Positions 54,040 to 64,000 of a stretch of 64,000 bases of DNA are shown piece after piece. The DNA lies in the NCBI GenBank assembly GCA_012295275.1, contig CM022667.1, forward strand, positions 19,840,001 through 19,904,000. The letters run 5' to 3'. The position numbers and the translations under genes were made by a program. The DNA comes from Chrysomallon squamiferum (Eukaryota; Animalia; Mollusca). The notes under the pieces are model-generated. The model was not told where the DNA came from. It was given only the letters and a program-made list of their open reading frames with translations, and did no database searches. Numbering within the stretch: the first letter of the stretch is position 1; every line of letters begins with the position of its first letter.

Positions 54040-55662
54040 ACAGAACACATGTAAACAAGATACAACACACGTACACAAGACACAACACATATATAAACAA
54101 AACACAATATACGTAAAGAAAACAACACATGTAAACAAAAAACAATACACACATAAACAAAACTCATCACACAGGTATGCAAGGCACAAATACAAGTAAG
54201 TATGTCACGAGATTCAGGTAATCAAGACACAATGCATACGTAAACAAGAAACAACAAAGATGTAAACAAAACATAATACACGTAAACAATATACAACACA
54301 CAGGTAAACAAGACAATACACAGGTAAACAAGACAACACAAACGTAAACAAAAATCAACACACAGGTAAACAAGACATAACACAAACGTAAACAAGACAT
54401 AATACACACGTAAACAAGATATAGTACATACGTAAACAAGACATAATACACACGTAAACAAGATATAGTGCACACGTAAACAAGATATAGTGCACACGTA
54501 AACAAGATATAGTGCACACGTAAACAAGATATAGTGCACACGTAAACAAGATATAGTACACACGTAAACAAGATATAGTACACACGTAAACAAGATATAG
54601 TACACACGTAAACAAGATATAATACACACGTAAACAAGATATAATACACACATAAACAAGATATAGTACACACATAAACAAGACACAACACACAGGTAAC
54701 AAAACATAACACAAACGTAAACAAAAAAACAAGACATAATACACACATAAACAAGACAATACACACGTAAACAAGACAATACACACGTAAACAAGACAAT
54801 ACACAGGTAAACAAGACATAACACACACTTAAACAAGACACAATACACACGTAAACAAGACACAACACACGGGTAAACAAGACATAATACACACGTAAAC
54901 AAGACACAACACACAGGTAAACAAAACATAATACACACGTAAACAAGACACAATACACAGGTAACAAGACACAATACACAGGTATACAAGACATAACACA
55001 CAGGTATACAAGACATAACACAAGGTAACAAGACACAATAGACAGGTATACAAGACATAACACACAGGTATACAAGACATAACACACAGGTAACAAGACA
55101 CAATACACAGGTATACAAGACATAACACACAGGTATACAAGACATAACACACAGGTATACAAGACATAACACAGGTAACAAGACACAATACACAGGTATA
55201 CAAGACATAACACACAGGTATACAAGACATAACACACAGGTATACAAGACATAACACACAGTATACAAGACATAACACATAGGTAACAAGACACAATACA
55301 CAGGTATACAAGACATAACACACAGGTATACAAGACATAACACACAGGTATACAAGACATAACACACAGGTAACAAGACACAATACACAGGTATACAAGA
55401 CATAACACATATGTATACAAGACATAACACACATGTATACAAGACATAACACACAGGTAACAAGACACAATACACAGGTATACAAGACATAAGACACAGG
55501 TAACAAGACATAACACACAGGTATACAAGACACAATACACAGGTATACAAGACACAATACACATGTATACAAGACATAACACACAGGTATACAAGATATA
55601 ACACACAGGTAACAAGACACAATACACAGGTATACAAGACATAAGACACACATAAACAAGAC
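54040..55662. repeat. ~21-23-bp minisatellite (caagacataacacacaggtata and variants), ~1.6 kb
   Basis: Direct reading; stop-free on - strand, giving spurious Cys/Val/Tyr ORFs. Confidence 0.97.
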
Positions 55663-56894
55663 AAAAGATTTTTTTTTTTTTTTTAAATACTTTTACCCCC
55701 CCCCCCAGTATCTGAAGTAACTAACTATCTGAAATGTGTAAATATAACTATCTATTTCAGTTATTGCGGTTATTACAGTGTGATCTCAAACTGATATCTG
55801 ACGGACCAAAGTGCAGTAACTGATTTATCACGTATACATTTCAGTGACCATTAATCTATATACTTCCACTGCGTAAATCAAAACCTTTTATGACGTCAGA
55901 ACAAAAATCTAATTTTACTTAGATTTTGAAATAAGTGTTATTGTTTGCTTGTACGTTTGGGTTTTTTTTCGTGTGTTTTTTCAGTATTAATGTACCTGTT
56001 AAATAATAATCCATGAATGATTTTTTAATTAAAAAAAAAAATAAAAAATAAAATAAAATTATTTCCTGTCTTTTACTTTTATTTATTTATTTACTTATTT
56101 ACTTATTTATTTATTTGTCTGTCTGTTTGTTTACTTATTTTGACTATAATTTCAAACATTAGAGGATGTTTTAAAATCTCAACGCTCTGGTTTCAAGTCA
56201 TCTGTCTCGTTTGTGTTTAAAACAGACAACAACACTCTAAAGTTCAGTGACTGATTATTAGATAAATTGGCTTAACACCTTTTCAGACATCAGCGAAGTA
56301 GGTTTAACAACACCAGTAACTGTGTCCTGCAGCATCTTTTTTTTTTATGAAATGAAAAACTTCACGTTAACGTGAAAACCAATACAAAAAAAGTTGGTGT
56401 GAAAAACCTATAATTATGTCTACATTGCGTAATACGTCAGCAAATATTGCGGTTGGCTGTAACAAATAATACACCGCACCCAGTAACTTAGCTACGATTG
56501 CGTAATATGATTATTATAACCGTACTGTTAGGGGTTTTTTAAACTGGTATTATACTGAAAAAAAAAAAAAAAAAAAAAAATTAATATCGGGATATATCCG
56601 CCGCAGTATCTGACAGTATAAGGCAATATAAACATGCTGTAATTTGTAATTTGAAACGTTAGGTTAAAATCGCCCTGAACTCAGTGTACAGAAATAATTA
56701 AATCAAATCTGTTACACAGATCACAGATTGTTACATGCTTTGTTTAAAAGATAACTGAAGTGTCGGCGAGCACGTGCATTGCGTGTCTATTTTTCTGCTT
56801 GTTATCATTAAATATGCTTCATTACCTAAATGGTTCTATTAGCCCACTTGGCCACCTAAATGGATCTCAGAAAAGCGTTCGTTGAGAACAAATG

Positions 56895-56928
<34 letters not shown>

Positions 56929-58201
56929 CAGAAAATATTTCAGCCAAAGCTGCTTCCAAATATCTGATTTTTAATTTTGTTTGCTATAAAGACAGTATCG
57001 CATTTTTTTAAACTGATATTACTAGATAAATGATGAGTAAGTATGATAATAATGTTTGTAAGATGATTATGTTCTTGTTATTTCGAAACCGGCTAGTTTA
57101 TATCTAAAAATGCACATGGCTCTCTTTCCACTATCTCTGATTCAGTTATTAGTCGTATTTCAATTAAACACTCGCCCACTTCCTTTTGATAATAATATAA
57201 ATAATTAACTGTTTTTGAAATGTATTCTCACAATTTATACATTTAAAAATGTTTTTAATCCAGTCCACCTACATTTAAATATAGTTTTATTATTTAAGTA
57301 AATTTTATACACAGTGTTCAGTCGGCTGTGACATTACTGACTCAAACACAATGAGTGTAACTTTTTGTGTGTATGTGTGTATGTTTGAAAAACTACACTA
57401 CAAAAAATAAAACAAAAAACAAAAATAAAAGAAGAAAAGGAAATACCAAGAAAAAAAAAAAGAAAAAAAATAAGAAAGAAAGAAAGGAAAAAAGAGATAA
57501 CAAAAAATAAAATAAAATAAAGATTCTTATCTTTTAAAAGGTTTTCTAAATTTTTTCTTTTTCATTATTATTATTTTTTAAATAAATAATCTGAAGATTA
57601 TGCCCTTATTCTGTCAACCATGCAACATCACCTACATGTTTTGAATTTATAAAATATTAAATGTATTAAAACAAGGACAGTAGTATTAACCTACAGTTGG
57701 GATCCGGGTATAGAGTAATACCTGGAAGAGAGATAAAAATACACACGAGCAATGATTACAGTAATATGCAGGGTACAAGCAGGTGTGGCATAATAAAGTG
57801 CTTAGTGTTACAAACTGGGAGTGTAATCGTATTTATTTAGCTTCGTGTATATGACAACATATATATATATAAGACTGAGGATTAAATAACACTGGGTTTA
57901 CGAGTAACAAGCACTTTCTATTAAAATAAGTCTTTATTTATTTTGTGTGTGTGTCCTTAGTTAATAGTAAGCACACACACACATATATAAAACATATATA
58001 CACATGTATATATTTATGAACACACGCTCAAACACACACATACATTCATTTATATTCACATATATACATTATACTTAAACACACACACACACACACGCAT
58101 ATACAAAACAGAAAAGAAATTAATTATGGCCATTAATAATTAAGATTATGAAGAGCAAAAAGAAAAAGAAAAGCAAGAATAATACACACATCCAAATGTA
58201 T

Positions 58202-58232
<31 letters not shown>

Positions 58233-58248
58233 AATACATATACATAAG

Positions 58249-58293
<45 letters not shown>

Positions 58294-58296
58294 GTT

Positions 58297-58329
<33 letters not shown>

Positions 58330-59159
58330 TTTATATATATATATATATGTATATATATGTTTACATAATATATAAATATATATATATACTAATATATTAA
58401 AAAAAATAATAATAATAAATTAATACAAATAATGACATAACAAAAGAAGACCTTGTTTTTACAATTCAATTCTGAGTAATGTAATAATGTCTAACAATCA
58501 GACGTTTGAAACAACGGACACATCATTAACTCGTTTTATAAAACGTAAAGCAGTGTTGAATATACTGAATACCACAGTGTACAAATTTAAGAACTGGTAT
58601 CACGATAAATTTTAAAAAATTTATTTGATTTGTCAGGTTTCACAGAAACCAGGAATCTGTTTATAAGCTGGTAAATGGTAACGAATTAAAGTTTCATTAT
58701 CTTAATAAAGCACGTGAAAGCCACTGGAATGTTTCAAAAACACTTTAATTAGCGTAAATCATAAAATTTTAAAACCTATTTTCCTTCTTCTTTTTTTTAT
58801 TTTTTTATACAGATACGGGTTTTTGATGCTATTGTATACACCCATGCATTATTAATGAAGTTGTTGTTGTCACTGTTGTCGTTACAAATAAGTAAATTTG
58901 CAACTTGTCAAATCGATCAAGCCAAAGTTTTGTGTAAAATGTCACGGATGAATAGTGCTTATCGAATAACGTACGGTATGTTTAGTAAGTGATATAAATA
59001 GCACTTTAGTGCCATGCCTGATTTATACATACACATCTGTCATAGAGGCAAACAGTAAAATAAAACTTTTATCTGTAACAAACTGTTCACGTATTACGAA
59101 TCTGTTTATATATATATATATTCTGATTCATACGTAAATTGTGATTATGCATTTGTCAT

Positions 59160-59164
<5 letters not shown>

Positions 59165-59243
<79 letters not shown>

Positions 59244-59250
59244 TCTCTCA
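59165..59250. repeat. (TC)n microsatellite
   Basis: Direct reading. Confidence 0.97.
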
Positions 59251-59607
59251 TAAATTCATATATACATATATACACATATATAGGTTATAGCTAGACAGAA
59301 GATAGACGGAGTGATAGATAGAGATAGATAGAGACATATAGAGAGAGATTATTATAAATAAATACACATAACACAATATATATACATATTATATGTATAT
59401 CTACAGTGAAGATCGTGCTATATATACTAACACAGAACGAAAACACGTATTTTCATCTAACCACTAACAGTACAATCTAATGTACGACACACCCGATTGA
59501 CAAACACGCAGAAAACAGTTTCAACCATGTACATCTGAGATTAAACCACACATCTATTCAGTCAATAATCGATCATCTCTAAACGTCCAATAAACAAAAT
59601 AACCGTA

Positions 59608-59638
<31 letters not shown>

Positions 59639-61387
59639 GAAAAACGAACTTACCTGTCCTGTCATCAGACATTTCAATCGTTCTGCTCCGCTACCTTTCA
59701 GAAACTAACCACATTTAAACTGAAATCTGACCACCTCTGATGACGACGTGTACTCGTAGATAACGTAGACATTTTGAAGGAACTAATACCAGTTATTTAG
59801 GAGTGGCTGGGTTTTTTTACAAAAAATTTAAAAAAAATAAAAAGTAAAATCCTTTAACCGCAATACAAATGATTAATAATCCCGTACGCCAGGGTGAACA
59901 ATGTAACGTTCGTTTGTACATGCAGTCTCGGTTATCAGACCCACTTACGGGGGCGTGATACGTTCGAGACACAGTTTCTGCCACACAGCAAATGCATATT
60001 GTTTGCACAAGCGAGCCTTGAAATATGTCACACCGCCTGTCGTATGTTGTACGTATTCACTCCATTTTGTTTTCGTGTATCCAGGCATCTAGGGTAACAT
60101 AACTCGCGGGTGTTAGCGCTGTACGGGCGAAACAGCGCCGAACGACTCAACTTTCTTTGTAATGAAGTTTAATGGCGATAACAATGACTAACGTTGCTGA
60201 AATGGTGAAGTTACTTTTCTCGGAGTAGTTCCGAAAAGAGCACCGATTTATGAGTGCAAGATGAACTGAGCCGTTAGCACATCCGCCCACTATAAATCAG
60301 CTGTATGTATTGTACGTGTGTGTGTAGGTGTAGGTGTGTGTATGTGTGTGTGTGTGTGTGTATGTGTGTATACGTGTGTGTGTGTATGTGTGTATACGTG
60401 TGTGTGTGTGTGTACATATATTATAGTATTTTCAGACATAACGCACACAAACACATTTTTTTTTATAACAGCACACGTTACACCTACCAGTTTATGTGTG
60501 TATGTGTGAATGTGAGTGTGCGCGCGCGTTTGTGCGCGCGTGTGTGTTTCTAAATATAAGCGTATTTGTTCTAACCGGTCATAAAAGCCACAATTCTTAG
60601 ACAAAAGTGTATGATGTAATCAATGGAACAGCGTTATTATAGCTGTTAATAATTTACAATGTATTAAACTTAATCCGATTTGATTTATGTTAGTAATGTT
60701 CTTACAGCTGGTTCAAGTCGACGCGTCTCCAAACAGTTAATAATTAATAAAGTGAGCTGAAACTGTGCGTGCACGGTTAGTAAATGTATGACTGACCGAT
60801 TAGTCATCTGCTAACTGCAGACGAGCTACAGTTGATTCATCAGTGCGTGTGGAGCGAATCAAAAAATGTCAGAAACGGGGACGGCATCAATATGGTGGAA
60901 TTACCTTGGAAGAAGTAACACATTCCATTAAAAAGAATGAGATAATTATCGGCTTGCCATAAATAGGGAGGAGAGTTTAATTACCTCCAACCCGACCCGG
61001 ACACGAAACGTGCGAGTTGTTTAAAGTTTGCATAATGATGTCATCGTGCTGGAGAGAAGTGTAATAACTGGCAGTCACCTCCGCTGCAATAAACTGGAAG
61101 CGTCACGCTATATTGATTGATGATGTGTACTTTGGTTAATTTCCCTGCTGAAATAGCAAACATAAAATATAAATTACAGGGAAAAAACCTGACATCACCT
61201 TACTCATCAGAAACATTTTTTTTTAGTTTTAGGTCAAATATAAAATTATTTTTTTAAATGTTTTATTTCTCTCGTAAGGTTAAAAACCTATAAATACGCG
61301 CGCGCGCGCGCGCAACAACACACAGCACACACAAAAAAGCAAAAACAAATAAAATAAAATAAAATAATAAAATAAATTAAAAAATAA

Positions 61388-61629
61388 CAGTAGCGTGCAG
61401 AGGGAGGGGGGCAGAAGGGGCGGTGGCCCCGGGCATTGAAATGCTCGGAAATCCAGTCAGAGAAAAGAACTTAATAAATTTGGTTGATTTATATTTATAT
61501 TTTATTTCATCTGTGTTTACATATCTTCCTTTGTCATAACATTTTTCAGTACTATGCCTTATACTTGAATCTGTGGGCATACAATGAGGGAGTTGGTCCC
61601 GGGCATCACCAGACGTCTGCACACGACTG
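61388..61629 (+). mobile_element. Full-length ~240-bp MITE with CAGT(G/A)GCGTGCAG-type TIRs (hAT-like)
   Basis: Left cagtagcgtgcagaggg; right gacgtctgcacacgactg; subterminal cccgggcat at both ends; second copy at 3832-4043; TSD only partially conserved. Confidence 0.75.
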
Positions 61630-62607
61630 ACTATAACCTTACAATAACGCAAGCATCACAACAACATCCATTTAGTGTTTGTTTTGTGACTGGGATGTGA
61701 CAGGTCGCACGATCTACTCTCTGCAGAGAAGCTAACGTGTTTTTCTCGTTACAGCCAGCAATCTTTCAAAAATATGCTAAATAACTATTCATATTATTAT
61801 TGTTTTAAAATAAAACCTTTGGTACCTTCAACTGGTAGCCCATTTAATATATTTCCAAAGTATTATAAATTATTGTTGTTTAAATTAAGCTTTCGATTAT
61901 TAGAACTTTGCGATCATATTCTCAGTCTACTGAAGATTTTTTTTATAATTGCTGTGTTTGAAATGACATCACCACGAAATTGAAAAATGTCATCTCTTTC
62001 AACCTACGTGCGCTTGTAATACAGTCCTTTATTATCAATGATTTCCTCAGTATAATTATTCTTATTTCGCTTAAGCATAATGATACGAATGTAGCCAAAT
62101 ATTAGCCATGGCAAGCAGAGGCTATACTTTTTAAAATCTGAACGCCTGGGAAAATACTGTTTGTATTCAATGAGACTATTAATTATAGAATGAAGATTTG
62201 TGTACAATTTCCACACGAAACAGATCTGTTCGATTGAAAACTGAAAAAGATTACCGCACAGCAAAATCAGAGTACCTGCTTTTACACCATTTTGCATTGT
62301 GCTGAATAACGTGTTTGGTTTGTGCTGAATGAATAAATATTTAACAACTCCATACACCGGATATTAATGATTATTTCCCGTCGTTATTCTATAATCCTTC
62401 GTCCTTTCAGGGTGATTTGTTTTACACAAACAGGAAAGGTTTGTAGTTTGATAAATCGATCGAAGGATCTTGGTTGGAACGAGAAATACGCCTAAAGTAC
62501 TTAACCGTTGACCGATAATCCCACAGGTCTGAGATTTCATACGGACAGAAAGCAATCTGAACAGTAATAGATATGACTGTGCCGTGCATACATTTCACAA
62601 AACAATT

Positions 62608-62644
<37 letters not shown>

Positions 62645-63357
62645 AAAAAGATGAAATTAATGGCAAATACAAAAAAACATCCATTTTGTTCCGGTACGTA
62701 GAATTCACAGAGGTGAAACGGATGTTTTTGCCAACAATATTGTTTTCATCGATTGTGTGATAACTACTTGGTCAATAATTTATTTTTTAATTTTTAATTT
62801 TTTTTTTTTTTTTTTTTTTTTTTATGAATAGTAACTTGATAAATTACTGATAAAATGTAAACTCTAGTGGGCCGAACAGTTCATTCTAAATTCGAATCCT
62901 TGATTATCGTCTGCTGTTAATGAAAACGAAGTACTCTCTCAGAGTTACTCAATACGTCCTGCCGTCAGACAAATAATCTGCATTGATTTCTGGTAATGAC
63001 GTAACAAAAACAAATAATTAGTAAGATTACCAGGAACGGTGAACGTGATACACTTTCCAACAGAAACGTGTTTCGTGTTTTAGAATACGATCGCTTTTAA
63101 TTTCCTAATAACAAATTATTGATAATGCAGGAATTATATATTCCAACTGACGTTACCGCGGGAATAAGGCGGTGCTATGTATAGAGTGGTCACATGATCT
63201 CAGAAAAAAAAGTACGCATGCAAAGGAAATGCAGAAACCAATATATTCGAACCTAAGATAAAGGGTGAAATTTTTTTTCTTTCTCTCTCTTTTTTTTTTC
63301 AGATTAGAAATTATCACTGCTAAAAAAATAAAAAATAAAAATACAGATTAACGGTTA

Positions 63358-63411
<54 letters not shown>

Positions 63412-63416
<5 letters not shown>

Positions 63417-63814
63417 TTAATTTTATTGGCAAATCCGCTGTTCTAAAATAATAAATGATGACAACAACCCATTAATATGGAAAAAGATATATTTAACACC
63501 CACATTAGGTACTAAACAAATTGCTCTTCTTGAATTTCAACATAAAATTATTAATAGAATAATAGCAACCAATAGTTTTCTTTGTACTATTGGGATTCGG
63601 GACGATGCACTTTGCACAGTCTGTAAAGAAAACGAGGAAACGATCAGGCACCTTTTTGTAAAATGTTCCAAAGTGACTTTTTTGTGGCGAAATTTGGAAT
63701 CTTGGATTTTTATGTTACTTGATTCTGTACAATTACAAACGACAGAAGGATAATATTTGGTTTACAAACAGGACAAAAAAAAAAATACTTAATCATTTAA
63801 CTGTAATAACAGAA

Positions 63815-63854
<40 letters not shown>

Positions 63855-63950
63855 CAGTGTAGCTAACACTTCACTATCATTACCTCGTTGTCTAGCCACG
63901 GTAAGAAATTATTATATGATAAAAAATATATATATAGATAAAGATAAAAA
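63412..63950 (+). mobile_element. 3' fragment of an L1/Tx1-clade LINE ORF2 (zf-RVT region), degraded
   Basis: Frame from 63421 reads WKKIY...LLEFQHKIINRIIATNSFLCTIGIRDDALCTVCKENEETIRHLFVKCSKVTFLW (C-x2-C...H-x4-C), then after a shift IIFG...LNHL...RYIY. Confidence 0.85.
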
Positions 63951-64000
63951 AAAATTGCAAGGGGACGATCATATTAAAAAGAGGTCCCCTCTTTGTTGCG

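Noticed and set aside
54167-55664. Long Cys/Val/Tyr-rich ORFs (494, 480 and 276 aa)
   Set aside because: Translations of a 21-23-bp minisatellite, open in several frames with the same phrases; no domain evidence.
62422-62557. Possible - strand terminal exon IAFCPYEISDLWDY...KPFLFV
   Set aside because: Overlaps sequence resembling the dispersed SINE-like family (ggttggaacgagaaata); no partner exons found.

Overview
AT-rich, microsatellite-dense animal genomic DNA with GT-AG introns; lophotrochozoan/mollusc origin is inferred from repeat style and GPCR type, not proven. Main content: (1) a + strand kinesin-14 (KIFC3-like) gene, hand-assembled as 19 phase-compatible coding exons from 11656 to 34812 (~945 aa: coiled coil, then a C-terminal motor and an S/T-P-rich tail); (2) three tandem class A GPCR paralogues on the - strand with intronless coding regions (40038-41521, 45926-47344, 48970-50128), two carrying a single-base frameshift in TM6; (3) several MITEs, old SINE-like remnants, an L1/Tx1 LINE 3' fragment, minisatellites and a 335-bp direct duplication; (4) candidate first exons of a - strand gene running off the left edge. 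The most unusual signal is that three separate splice junctions of the kinesin gene have each been amplified into a tandem repeat, giving arrays of duplicated acceptors or donors. All coordinates and counts were read by eye and have no transcript support.
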